Assembly (NCBI GenBank): GCA_001643675.2
Contig: LSRY02000006.1
Span: 930,001-994,000 of the forward strand
Length of the DNA: 64,000 bases
Source: Monocercomonoides exilis PA203
Lineage: Eukaryota > Protista > Preaxostyla
Direction: 5' to 3'
Positions 1 to 12,600 of this stretch are shown here, piece by piece (positions within the stretch are counted from its first letter, which is position 1; each line of letters begins with the position of its first letter). Made by a program: the position numbers and the translations under genes. A model generated the notes under the pieces. That model was not told the DNA's origin and ran no database searches. It saw only the letters and a program-made list of their open reading frames with translations.

Positions 1-386
1 GTATTGGTGGAGAGTGGACACCTGTCATTGGGCTGTCCAGATGCCCGTGGACGCAGACGCCGCTGAACTGCTTCGGACAGGACAGAGACAGCTGTGCATT
101 CTACATGTCTGGGCAGTGCTTCCAGGGCGGTGTGTCCACAAGCGGGAACGACAGATGGGGCAACAAGGATGTCGTGGGGATGGAGGTGGACATGGACAAG
201 AGGAGGGTGCTGTTCTTTGTGAAGAACCAGAGGCAGCGGGTGATCTACACACACATCCCAGAGTGCGTGCAAGTGGGCGTAGCTATGGACAAAGCAGGTG
301 CAACTGCAGAGATTTTGAGATATGAACGAGTGAAAGAATCATCTTTTGTTCCTTTTTGGAGGGACAAAACTGTCATGTGGGTGTAA
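1..386 (+). CDS. 3' part of a SPRY/B30.2-like domain protein (5' end outside window)
   Basis: Frame is open from base 3 (IGGEWTPVIGLS...CFGQDRDSCAFYMSG...DVVGMEVDMDKRRVLFFVKN...) to TAA at 384-386. 'DVVGMEVDMDKRRVLFF' fits the SPRY strand pattern; GC is higher than in the flank. Confidence 0.6.
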   Translation, partial: IGGEWTPVIGLSRCPWTQTPLNCFGQDRDSCAFYMSGQCFQGGVSTSGNDRWGNKDVVGMEVDMDKRRVLFFVKNQRQRVIYTHIPECVQVGVAMDKAGATAEILRYERVKESSFVPFWRDKTVMWV

Positions 387-1174
387 CTCCTTGCTTTTAT
401 CTTCTGTTATTTTTCTTTTGATTTTTTTTTTTCAAGTTCTTTATTTTTAAAATGTTATTTATGAAAGGCTGGTATTATTCAGCTTGTGTGCACTCGTTCA
501 TAACAGAGTTCGAGATTCTTTTATTTTTTGAGATGTTGCATTTTTTCGTTGAGCATAGTTATTCAACGAAGAAAAAGAATGCAGCATTTAAATTTTATAG
601 CTCTTCTATTCATTGCGTTTTATATTGCATGTTTTATCAGGTGTTGTATTTTTTATCCATTTTCACATCTTTTGAGATCGTATTTTTTTATTTTTTGAGT
701 AATTTTTCTCTTCTCTCCCAAGCCATCACTAAAGAGTATATTTTTAGAAGATTTTGATAAAAACAAAGAAAATTGAGAAAATGATTTTGTAACATTTCTT
801 GCATCATTTAACTCAAAAAACATCTCTCCAAAGAGCAACAATCAACTTTTGACATTTTCCTAAAGCATTATCTTTTCATTCAATTTAATGCTTATCACTT
901 CTTTTTGATTCAAAAAACGCTTTTCTCGGTTCAACCTTTCGATAAATCGCTTGTTTTAGTTCATTTTTTTTTTAATTTTTCAAATGTCAATTGTGATCTC
1001 GAGTCAAAGTTCACAAATAACAAAAAAAATCAATCCAATTAATTTTTAATTCATATTCAATGAAAACAGGCTTTAAAAAAACAACCTCTCCTTCCCATGT
1101 GATTGGGAAAGTCAATAAAAAAGAAAAAAATCAATAAGTCAAAAAATGACTAATGAATCATTTACTCAACCGAT

Positions 1175-2020
1175 CTAGCATTTAACAGGTCCTGCGTAGA
1201 ATCCTTGTTCGCATCCGCACTCATTCTTTCCTCTGATGATCTTAAAGTGACCTTTCTCTCCCCATGCTGGTCCCCATGAGTTCTGAAGAAGCCAGTATGG
1301 AACACCATCTTCAACGCCCCATCCGATCAAAAGGACAGCATGTCCTCCTTCTTGGTATCCTGATTTGTGTTGATAAACTCCACTCTTGTAGTTCATGAAA
1401 TCAGAATAAACTGTGAAACGGAAGTAAACTGGTCCGTTTTTCATCAATTCTTCTTGAATGTTCTGTACTGTGTATGTCTCAGCTTTCTCATACTTGTAAC
1501 GAATAATCTGTGATCCATTGGAGCACTTTGCAGCGCAAGCTGGAACACGTCCATTTCCCGAAACGTATGGGAGGCATTCTTCAGTTGTGACACCATTTGA
1601 AACGAGCCATTTTGATGACAATGGGCCAGATCCTCCATTGCAGCCGGAATCACCTTTGTCGCATGAAACGAGATCTTGGACTGAAAGCATTCCCTTTCCG
1701 CATCCTTTGATTGAGAATCTGTTTCCAATAGCTTCTGATGCCGCATGTGCCCAGCATGATCCGCAAGAAGCTTGATCGCGCACTGGATAAATCTTTCCTG
1801 GCCATTGTTCACGTGCATCGAAGTTCTCTGGGACATTGTTTGGTTCAACATATTCAACATCTTCGAGAGGAAGAACTTCTTCACCAAGCATGGCTCTCAT
1901 CTTTGCTAAAGTGATAACTTCTCTTGGATATTCAATTGCAACCCATGTGGAGCTTGGATCGTTGTTAACTGTTTCAACAATTGATTCTGCAATAACTGAA
2001 GCAAATAAGAAAAACAACAT
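1175..2020 (-). CDS. Cathepsin B-like cysteine protease (papain family C1A), intronless preproenzyme
   Basis: 281 aa: signal peptide, PENFDAREQWP mature start, RDQASCGSCWA (oxyanion Gln, catalytic Cys), GCNGG, GGHAV (His), QNSWG (Asn). Confidence 0.95.
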   Translation of the reverse strand: MLFFLFASVIAESIVETVNNDPSSTWVAIEYPREVITLAKMRAMLGEEVLPLEDVEYVEPNNVPENFDAREQWPGKIYPVRDQASCGSCWAHAASEAIGNRFSIKGCGKGMLSVQDLVSCDKGDSGCNGGSGPLSSKWLVSNGVTTEECLPYVSGNGRVPACAAKCSNGSQIIRYKYEKAETYTVQNIQEELMKNGPVYFRFTVYSDFMNYKSGVYQHKSGYQEGGHAVLLIGWGVEDGVPYWLLQNSWGPAWGEKGHFKIIRGKNECGCEQGFYAGPVKC

Positions 2021-3240
2021 TTGATCGATTTTTCTATATGTTACTAAATAAGCTATGTGAAACTCTCAATCTTTCGAACTACCATAAGATAAATATCGAT
2101 AAAAAATTTCTCAAATTTGTGAAAATCATTTTCTTTATCTATTTTGTTCCAAATAATTTTAGCAAACATTTATTTTTTTCAAAGATTGCTCATATTTTCT
2201 GTTCTTTTTTATGAAAGAGAATGAAAGACCAATTTTGAAAAGTAATTGGATTACATTAAGTTTAAATCGTTGATTTTTTCATAAATACAAAAAAACATCA
2301 AAAAATAATTCAAAGTCGAAAAACATTCAAATGAAGTCGAAATTTATGTTCAAAAAACATGAATGAAGAATTAAGCGTATGTTAGTGAAGAGAAATATTT
2401 TTCTTGAATTTTTGTAAACATTTTTCGAAATGTCTGTGCAGTTGTTTTCTACAATTTTTGAAAAGAAAGAATTAAAATAAACCAAAATGCAAACTCAAAA
2501 TAAATAAAAAAGAATTGAGTTCATCAATAAGAAAAGCAGTTTTCATTATTTGAACATTTCAAAGAAAAGAATTTAAATGGGTTATTCTTTTTGATTTCAT
2601 ATTTTATTCTGTCTGTATTATCGAACCAAGAATTTTCAGAAAAACTTGAATATCAATCAAAAAATTTTTGATAATCATATGAACCTATTCACTAACATTC
2701 TATTATTTGAGAGGATTGATATGAAAACGATTTCAATGATTAAAAATTTTTTTAAATTCTGTAATCGGTTGTTCAAAACGAAATTGTGATGTTTGTACCG
2801 AAAAAAGTTATGTTTTCAAAAATAATCACCCATATTGTATTTGGCTCGTAATTATTTGATTTATGAATTTTGTCACACACAGTTTTTTCGTAATTTTTCT
2901 CGTCTTTTTTCAAATTTACGCATTTAATAATGAACGATAATTGCACAATTATAATTATAAACTTGAAGGAAACTTTTGGAATTGATCTTTAAAATTTTCA
3001 TCAATGCATGAATATTATCCCATTTGTCAAAATTTCTTTTGAAAAGTTCCTTTTGTTTAATTTTCAAATTAAATAAAAATTTCATATTTCAATCATATTT
3101 CTGTTCTCTCTCATAAAACTTCACATAAAATGAAATTATACCATTGTCAAGATTTTGTTTTCATGACAGAAAAATCTGGTGAGTTGAAACAGAAATTTGA
3201 TCGAAATATAAAAACTACATTTAATATGAAAATAAAACTA

Positions 3241-3282
3241 TACCTCTGTGACCTGACAAATAACCTGAAGCCTCGTCTGCCA

Positions 3283-3326
<44 letters not shown>

Positions 3327-3736
3327 ATAATAATAATAATAATTTTTTAAAAATTTATATACAATAAACTATTGCTAAAACTTCCAAAGACTTTTCAAAG
3401 CACTACGGAAAAGATTTGTTGACAGCATCTGTAATATCTTGTCGATTTTTCTCTTTTGTCAGTGACCGTCAGTGACTGTCAATGACAAATTGTGACAAAA
3501 ATATTCCTCAACTGACATTTCGTGTCAAAAAAAATAAATATTGGAAACCTGATCATTATATTTTAATTTTTAATTTTTCAAAATTATAAGAATTATTTCT
3601 GGAAGATTTTCAAATAAATTATTGTTGTAATTAAGAATAATGAAATCGTTATAAATAACCCTTTTTGACAAGTCCTAAATATCTTGTCAGTCATTTTGTC
3701 ATTTTTTCAATTTTCTCTTGTCATGTCACAGAGGTA
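3241..3736. mobile_element. MITE with 19-bp TIRs and TA target duplication (Tc1/mariner/pogo type)
   Basis: Left end TA|TACCTCTGTGACCTGACAA; right end TTGTCATGTCACAGAGGTA|TA (18/19 inverted match). Many internal TGACA/TGTCA motifs, internal A-tract 3284-3324, homologous copy at ~53.6-53.95 kb. Confidence 0.85.
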
Positions 3737-3780
3737 TAAATAAAACAAAGGAAGTTTCCAAAAAAAAAATTAAAAAAAAA

Positions 3781-3835
3781 AAAATAAAAATAAAAATAAA
3801 AATAAAAATAAAAATAAAAATAAAAATAAAAATAA
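3781..3835. repeat. (AAAATA)n microsatellite
   Basis: About 9 tandem AAAATA units. Confidence 0.9.
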
Positions 3836-4265
3836 AAAAAATAGCCATATTTATATCAAATAACAATTCCCACTTTCAATTATTCACCAGAATAAAAACA
3901 ATGACATAGTCAAGTATTTGTTGAACTCCTTCAATAAAATGAGAAAGTTGGAGTTGAATTTAATTCTTTTCGTGGAATTATTATTCGAAAATGACAATTG
4001 AATAAAAGAGACACTTCAATAATAATTTGTTATTTCTTTAAAAGATCATGTTTTGTTTCAATAATAATAAATTTTTTATTCCAAAAATTATGTCCAGATA
4101 CATTTGAAACAATAAAACGAGAAATGTGAAATTTGACAATGAATTTTGAGAATTTCAAAAATAAATTATTTTTGATCATAATATAAAAAGTCATCTTGAT
4201 AAAGTCATACAAAAATTTCATTGAAACGAATGTTTGCAATAGTCGAATTCTCATGAACTGCTTAA

Positions 4266-4517
4266 GGCATATGGAGAAGATCTTGGTTCCTCATGATCAA
4301 CGCCTTTTATTATTAAAATTTTGTAATATTCTCCTATTTTGCTTATTAGGTTTTAGGGTTTTGACGAATTAAACATGTTCATTTTGTGCATTGTGATGGT
4401 TTAGGGTTTTACGGAGCAAAATTAGGGTAAGGGCTAACCCTAGAAGAGACTTTCAAAAAGAAAATGATATGAATAGTGGGTAGGATCACCTTGGTACCAG
4501 GATCTACTCCACTTGCC
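4266..4517. mobile_element. 252-bp MITE with GGC-ended TIRs and 8-bp TSD (Merlin-like), containing TTAGGG motifs
   Basis: Left GGCATATGGAGAAGATCTTGGTTCC vs right end reverse complement GGCAAGTGGAGTAGATCCTGGTACC (20/25). Flanks CTGCTTAA (4258-4265) and CTGCTTTA (4518-4525) match 7/8. Confidence 0.7.
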
Positions 4518-5411
4518 CTGCTTTATTGTTTTTGGAATGAAATTATTATCTGAATTTTTTACTATGAAATTATGTTTCAAATGATAATAAACAAAAAAAC
4601 CATAAATGGTAATGCAACTGATAATGCAATTTTATTATGAGATCATCTCAAATAATAGCTTATAATCAACAACATTGAGGAATTGTCAATAAAGCAAAAT
4701 ACTTCTTGCCAAAGATAATATTTTCACTTGAAAAACAACACACCGAAATAACATTTGTTTTCAATAATAATCTCCCATCTTTTCAAACAGCTTGATCATT
4801 TATTGAGTTCATTTTATTTGTTTAATTGGGGAAAAATATTTCACTCAAAGCATTTTCATAGAAAAATTATGGACTTTTCATTAACTTTTTTTAATCAAAA
4901 AACACAACAAAAATGGGTCGATTTTTTGAAATTCGTGAAATGACACAATGATTTATGTTTCGATTTCAATGTGCCTGTTTTCGAACATGAAAATCAAATT
5001 TATTTTGAAATCTGAGAAAGCGAAATAAAGATATGAACGAAGTTATTTTTATATGCCCTGTGCAAAAAAAGCTTGAAAGTCCGTATTTTCCCCCAATTCA
5101 ACAAAATTTCAAAACGAATTTTATCACAGAAAAAATATGATTTCAAAAAGAATCACCCGTATCTCATATTGTTTCTAGTAATTTTTAATACCGAATTTAC
5201 AGATAAAGAAAATAAATATCATCAAACAAATAGCCAAAAAGAAAAAAATACTTATGTTTATTATTTCCTAAACAAAAAATCTATAAATTGAACGTAAAAA
5301 AATTTCATTTGAATTTTTTTATGAAAGAATTTTTTGAAAGAAAAAATTATAACCTAATATATTCATTCACTAAAAAAAACATATATCTGCTAGATATTAT
5401 CGATAAATTAT

Positions 5412-8400
5412 TTATTCATTTCCATTTATTTGAACATCTTGATTACGATGAACATACTCCGAACCCTCTATTTCTTCTGTGGAATCATCATCTTCATCAT
5501 CTTCTGGCTCATCTGCCATTCCATCTCTTTGATGAATTCTTTGAACAAGTCTCATTTCGATCTCTTCTACCCTCCTGAAATTCGGATTCAGTGCGTCATC
5601 AACCAAATCTTCCTCAGCATCAGCATCAACAGTCTCATCGTCTGTCTCGTCATCTATTTCATTCTCAGCCAACGCATTCACCCTCTCCTCGCTCTCTGAT
5701 TCAGACTCCACAGTATTCTCTTCCGCGTTCTCTCTTCCATTCACCCTGAATCTCGGGTCACGCAGCATCCGCAGCATGTACTGCGCATTCCCTGCAGCAA
5801 ATCCCAGCCCATGTGCAATCCGCTCCACAACCCCAACATCCACAGCACTCAGAACAGCCTGTCGTGTCTCTCTTGTGCCGAAGCGAATAAGATCATTCAC
5901 GATATACAGCGCATGCTTCACCACACTCTGATCTGTGTGCCGAAAGAGATCAATAGAAAACGTGTGGATGTTGTGCCGCAGCAGAAGCGGGTGATTGTCT
6001 GTGATTTCACTTAGATAAGACAGAATATACAGCAGCCACGTCAGATAATCACCGCCCGCAGCAACACCAGCAGCATCCAGCAGAGGCGGATCAAACGAAG
6101 TAATCGAAGTGGAAGAAGGAACAGAAGCAGAAGAAGCAGCAGGATTATTCGCTCTATCGCCTTCAACATTAGCAGTGCTTGCAGGAGCAGCAGAAGAGGC
6201 AGCAGCAGCAGTGAGAGGATGATTGTGAAGCAGAAGCTGCCCGTCTCCGCTGCCCATCAGTTCCAGTGCCTCGTTCTTCAGAAATGGCACCAGTGGATGC
6301 AGAATGCTCGGTAGTGGCTGTGCTCTGTACAGTGCAATGATCAAATGCGCAACTGCTCTTTTGATTTCGTTGTGTGTCGTCGTGTTGAATATGCTCAGCA
6401 GCTTGTTCAGCCCTCCATGCTCCATCATCCCTGAATAAAGTGGGTGCAGACCAGTAGATGTAGACGAAGGTGCAAACACTTGACACATTGTAGTCATCAC
6501 CGCTATCGCCTTCTTCGCTACACTCACATCAGGATGCTGCACAAGCTCGAAGAAGTTCGGACTCAGCGACGAGCTAAACAGATTGTCCAGAAGCTGCCTC
6601 TCTTCTGCTCTTGAGCCGTAGAGCTGATCAACCGTCTGCTGCAAGTCAGAGAGCGACTGCACAACAGACGTGACCAAGTTGTTCTTTTCTTTCAGTTCTT
6701 TCTCCAGTTTGTGGATAGCTGCTCGGCTTTGAGCACAATTGAGGCAATGTGCGGGTGATGTTGCAGTGGCACTAATTGTGGAAGGAATAGGAGAAGAGGA
6801 AGAGGAAGAAGAGGAAGAAGACGATGATGATGAAGAAGAAGCAGAAGATGCAGAAGCAGAGGATGCAGTTAGATCAGTTGGAGAATGCAAGATTGAAGAA
6901 GGAGGAGAAGCAGAAGTTGACAATGACTCAAATCGTTCAGTCAATCCAATGCATGGTGGAGTTGAGACAATCGACAGAGAAGGAGGTTGAGCGGATGAAA
7001 GAGGAGAAGACACAATAGAGTAAACCAATGAAGGGGCAGGGGGGTTTGATGGGAGACGAATGATAGAAGAAGATAGCGGAGAAGAAGAAGAGGAGGAGGA
7101 AGAAGAAGGACGAGGAGAAGAATGGAAGAGCAGAGGAGAAGATGGAGGGGGAGGAGGAGGAGGAAGAGGGCGAGGAAGGAGACGAGGCAACGAGGCAGGG
7201 CTTGTTGTTGTAGCAGCTTCTTCGGGGGAGATAACTGGAACATTTGTGGGAGCAGCGGGAGTATATCTTGTGGGTGTGCGAAGTTGTGGCCTTGTTTGGA
7301 AGGAGTATGTTGGAGAAGAACTAGATGCATCTGCAGATGAACTGACAGAATTTGATGAAATTGATGGAAGTGAAGAAGAAGAAGAAGGAGAAGGAGAGGA
7401 AGAAGATAACGATGATAAAAGTTGATTCTGATTTTGAGATGTAGATGTTACTATTTTTGTTGGAGCAGGTGGAAGAGTTGAATCAGATAAGGATTGTTCC
7501 TTTTGTTGAGAATATTCAGTTTCTCTGTCTAATTCTCTCAGAGATTCATTCAGTCTTTCTTTGACATGAGCATTTTCTAGTATCATTTTTGCAGTTGGAC
7601 GCTTTGAAGGAATCTTAACATTGAGAAGATAATAATAAAATCAACAAAGGATAAGAAAAGTGGAAAAGAGAAAAAGAACAAAAAAATTTTATATAATTAA
7701 AGAAATCATAATGCACACATCATCAATCATTGATAGAAGAAGATCTTTCAGTTCTGTTGAGAAAAAATGAGGCAGCTGGAATTTTTCTGCTGAAGGTGAG
7801 TGCATCTTCTCAGAAGAAAGATCACTTTCGATTTCTTCATTGACTTTATCTTCCTTTTGATCTTTTGAATCTTCAATAATAACATTCTGTTTGAATGACA
7901 TATGGAGTGATGGTGCCTGAGAATCTAATGCAGAAGGAGAAATGCCTGTGCACAGCTCAATCAAGCACATTCCAATAGAAAATATGTCACTAGCGAACGT
8001 TGGCCTAACATTTGCAGTGAAAATGCGAAAAAGTAATGCAGAAGACAATGTCATCATAAATTTCATTGAGAAAATTTACACAAACAAAGCAAGATAAAAC
8101 GAAACAAGAATAATGAATAAAAATACGCAAACGAGGAGCCGTCTTTCACTTCAGGCGAGAAATATAACCTTGAAATATTATCCACATCCATTTGGTTCAG
8201 AAAATGTTCCGAATGAAGAGAAAAATTGATATCATCTGAAACAAAAAATAATTTTGTTAAAAACATCAAAAGAAATCGGAAATATAACAAAATCATAAAT
8301 CAGCAAATGCCAACACACTTATTTGCGCATGCTTTCGATTAAATATATATATACTTTCGGGCTTTAAACATTTGTGCGTGAATCCAATTGAATGAAGACA

Positions 8401-9013
8401 ATCTATTCCGCAAATCATTTCTGCTAACAATCTCCATATTTTCTGTTGTTATAAAAATTATTGATTATATTAATTTTCAATTTTCAAGGAGGAATTTAAA
8501 CAAATTGATAAAATTTATTGTTTAAAGACTAATTAAGTTTTCTAAGAAGCGAAAGCATACTCTCTCTGAAGGAGCACGGGCCTCGTAATTTCTAATATTT
8601 ATGAGTTGGCGAAGAGTTCCATTTTCGCAAAATTCCATGATAGAATATCTATCAGTATTGTCTTCAAAAATTTCAACATAGCGTGTTATAAAAGGAGAAC
8701 GAATTTTCTTTAAGGCGCATATAGATGATAACAATATTGATGTGCTTTTTAAGGCCTGTGGGTGCACACAGCCAGATACAGCTTTTGCATGTTCAAATGG
8801 AAGCTCTTCTTCTTGATTTATCATTTCAACTCTCATAAAATACTTTTTTAAGCTAGAGATTTCTTCTACAAGATAAAGTTGCCCGAATGAATTTCTTTTT
8901 AATCCTTTGATTTTCCTGTCTGTTTAAAACGACTCATAGAACTTAAAAAGGTTCACAAGCACAAAATTCACACATCTTGTCATATCTCCCCTTTGAATCT
9001 CTGAAGGAAACAT
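5412..9013 (-). CDS. Multi-exon NEK-like pseudokinase with Ser/Pro-rich linker, coiled coil and ARM-like helical C-terminus
   Basis: About 6 exons join the listed ORF pieces: MFPSEIQRGDMTRY RKIKGLKRNSFGQLYLV...SPFITRYVEIF...IMEFCENGTL, KIWRLLAEMICGIDCLHSIGFTHKCLKPESIYI, LYFSPEV, SDIFSIGMCLIELCTG, IPSKRPTAKMILE, continuing into the 724-aa ORF. GT..AG boundaries visible at the gaps. Confidence 0.8.
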
Positions 9014-9182
9014 AAATAATCTGGTATGTTACAAAATGAATCTTCGCAAAGCAATTGGCTCCAAAATAACTTTTAAATCTTGATTCTTTTCTGTATCCAA
9101 CTAATTAATTAAAAACGGTAATATTGATCGAACAGTCAACTCAAAACAGACAGCTGAAAAGGATTGTTCGTTGCTATTCTTT

Positions 9183-9183
<1 letters not shown>

Positions 9184-9243
<60 letters not shown>

Positions 9244-9250
9244 AAAAAAA
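9184..9250. repeat. Poly(A) tract, ~67 nt with one G
   Basis: Seen directly, intergenic. Confidence 0.9.
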
Positions 9251-9612
9251 CCTAGAACATAAATCAAACGGTTACTCTCAATAATCCAATTTTTAGAAAT
9301 ATACTAAAAATGCCATTGTTTGTTTTTATTTGGAAAAATGATAAAACTTCATATCATTCCATCATTATTTATTTAGATAAAAGAAGCGAAAGAATAATCA
9401 AAAATATAAAAAAGAGCGTCAAATGATTTGTCTTTTACATTAAAAAATAATAAAAGTACTATTAAAAACATCAAAATGAAGTGAAAAGAAATTCTAATTC
9501 ATTAATTTTCTTTTGAAATGAAAAGAAACAAGAAGAATTACAACAAATTGATATGAAGAAAGCTATAAAATATTTGCTTAAACAAACAAACATACAATTT
9601 CAATTCAAAAAC

Positions 9613-12600
9613 TTAAAACTTTCGTTTCAATGATAAGCCACTTATTTTATATGAATCTTGCTTTTTCTCTTTCTCCCTTTTCCCTCTTTCCTTTTCTCTT
9701 CTGCCTTCATTTCTATCATAGCCATCATCTTCGTATCCTCTTCTTTCTCTGTATTTCCCTTCATATTCCATTTCTCTACTCCTTCTACTTTTTTCTTCCA
9801 CTTTTCCCCTCTCATTTCTATATGAATCACCTCTCCGTTTAGAATCCAATGAAGAAGAAGAAGAAAGAGGAGGAGAAGGAGAGCTGGAATAAGAACGAGA
9901 AAGAGGTCTTGAATGTGAACGTGAACGTGAATGTGGATGAGAATGAGAACGGGAATAAGAAGGAGAGCGAGAAACGCGAGACAAAGAGCGAGAACGATAG
10001 CGCTGGGGGTGTCTGCTGCGTGGAAGAGGAGAGAGAGAAGAAGAAGAAGAAGAAGAAGAAGAAGTTCGACTGCGTCTTATATTATGATTGATACTTCGTT
10101 TGCGTGAATAAGAGCGAGGAGAAGGAGAATGAGAGCGAGAAGGAGAACGTGATTGTGAATGAGAGAAAGAACGAGAATAAGAACGAGAACGAGAACGAGA
10201 TCGAAAAACTGGTTTTGAAGAGGAATAAGAGGAAGAGGAAGAAGAGGAAGAGGAAGGTGGTGGAAGAGGAGGAAGGGAATATAAAGCTGAAGAAGAAGAA
10301 GAAGACAGAAATGTTTGAAGCGCATTTTGTGGTTGAGAAGAAGAAGAAGAAGAAGAAGAAGATGATGATGATAATGATGATGAAGGAATATTACAGTTTC
10401 CACTAAGAGATGAAGATGGAGAAGAGAAAGCAAAAGGAAGAGAAGAAGAAGAAGAAGAGGAGGAGGATGATGAAGAAGTCATAGACACTTGAGTGTTTCC
10501 AGAATTCTGTAGATTTGCTTTCTGCATTGCAACAATGTCAAGAAGCTTTCGTACAGAAGACATAAGCGAAGAGGAGGTGGACGAAGACGAATCATCTGGT
10601 TGATTTTGATGATATTCATTCTCTGAAAAAAGAGAAGTTATGTCTCTTGCATCAGAATTCTGAGAGGTTGAAGAAGAGGAAGAGGAAGAGGAAGAGGAAG
10701 AGGAAGGGGAAGAGGATGATGATGCATAAACATCTTTCCCTCTTTTTTCTTCTATTTTTTCTTCATTTTGCCCCAAAATCGAGCTAACAACGTTGAAATT
10801 CTGTGATTTCTTCATCAAGTTCTCTTTCTCTTTCTTCTTCTTCTTTTCTTTTTTCTCAATTTCACTCGACAAATTTAACACAATCGCCTTTGGCTTTTTA
10901 AACTTCATCTTCATCAGCTTTGTGCTCCCATGCATTTTTATCTCATCTTCTCTTCTTTCTCTTCTTCCTCTTTCCCTTCCTCTTCTTCTTCCTTCTTCGT
11001 CCTCCTCTTCATCATTATCATAATCATTATCTTCTTCATCATCACTGTATTTACTTGTTCTTCTTGCCACTTTCTCACTCCCAACAACTCCAAAGCGAAA
11101 TGTACCTTCCATTTCTTCTTCCTCTTTTTTGCTTTCTTTTCCATTTTCTGCTGTTTCTTCATCCATCTTGTTCTTTTCTTCATCTTCTAGCCGTTTCTTT
11201 CTCTCTTCTTCTTCTTCCTCTTCCTCTTCCTTTCTCTTCCCTTTCTCCTTCTCCTTCTCCTTCCCTTCACAATCCCTCAAAAAGTAGCTAATCTTCTCCG
11301 ATTCGCTTCTGAAAGGCACAAACGCACTCAAAATCCTCCTTTTTGACTCCTTTTCTGCTTCACTTAGAGAAAGTTCTGTTATTTTCATTGATTGCTCTGT
11401 TGGAAATCCATACGAACGTAACAGATCCAACAACTGCTTTTGCTCAATTGTTTGTTTGGGATAAATTCTTTTATCTTCTTCATCTTTTTCATTTCTTCCT
11501 TCTTCTCTTCCTTCTTCTCTTCCTTCTCCTTCTTCTTTCTCTCTCCTCTCCTCACCCCTCACTCCCCATCCATTCTCCCACACTCCTTTCACCTCCCACT
11601 CCACTTGCATCTCCACCAGCTGCTTAAACGCCTCTTCTTGTTTCGCCTTCTCCTTCTCTGCCTCTTTTTGCTCTTCTTCTTCCTCTTTGCACTTGTTGTA
11701 GAACAAAAGACGAGAAATAAGATGTCTTCGTGATCCAAATATAGACATTCCATAAAGTCTGCATTTGGATCGCAGCTCAGAAACAGAGAGATTTTGATAC
11801 GGTTTTGGCTTCTCTTCTTTTGATTGGCCTTCAGAACTGGAATCTCTTCTGAAGGATTCAATGGTTTTATTGATTTCTTCTTTTCCCTCTTCCTCTTTCT
11901 CTTCCTTTTTCTCTTCCTCTTCCTCTTCTTCCTCTTCTTCTTCCTCTTTCTCTTCCTCTTCTCCTCTCTTCATAAATGTCCATTCCAATCCCTTCAGATA
12001 CATCGGTGGATACAAATGCCACTCGCTCCACATCCTCAGCACACGCAAGCAACACGAAAGAAAAGTCAAAAAGGGAGAATTCGAAAGAGAAGAAGAAGAA
12101 GAAGAAGAAGAAGAAGATAAATTATCAAAAATTGTATTTCTTTTCCCATTTTTTTCCTTTTCCAGGTTCTTTTCGTATCTGATGGCAAGTTCTCTTAGTG
12201 TTTTGTTGAGTTGGATGAAGACGAGAGGAAGAAGAGTCTCAAAAATGAGAGTGAAAACACACAAGGTTTCTGGATGAGGAATACGAGAAAGAGCAGAAAG
12301 AGGATTGGAAGAGGAAGAAGAGGAAGAGGAAGAAGAAGATGTTGATGGAAATGAAGGAGAAGAAGAAGCATTTGAGAAAGAAGGAGAAAGAGAAGAGGAA
12401 GATGAAGAAGAAGAAGCACCTGCTGTGAAGAGATTGATTGAGCAGTTGTACAACACATCTGATATCAGATAGAGCAATGCTATTTGTCTGGGTGCTGATG
12501 GTCGCTTATTTAAGCTCTGCAAAACAACCAAAGAAGAAGAAGAAGAAGAAGAAGAAGAAAGAGGAGGAGGAGGAGAAGAAGAAGAAAGAGGAGAAGAAGA

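Noticed and set aside
452-841. Short hydrophobic ORFs in AT-rich spacers (also 3.1-5.6, 47.3-49.0 and 53.5 kb)
   Set aside because: Phe/Lys/Ile composition mirrors the AT content and there are no motifs.
3284-3324. A-tract as a SINE or retrocopy tail (likewise 9184-9250)
   Set aside because: No flanking target duplication or pol III boxes found; the first tract lies inside the MITE.
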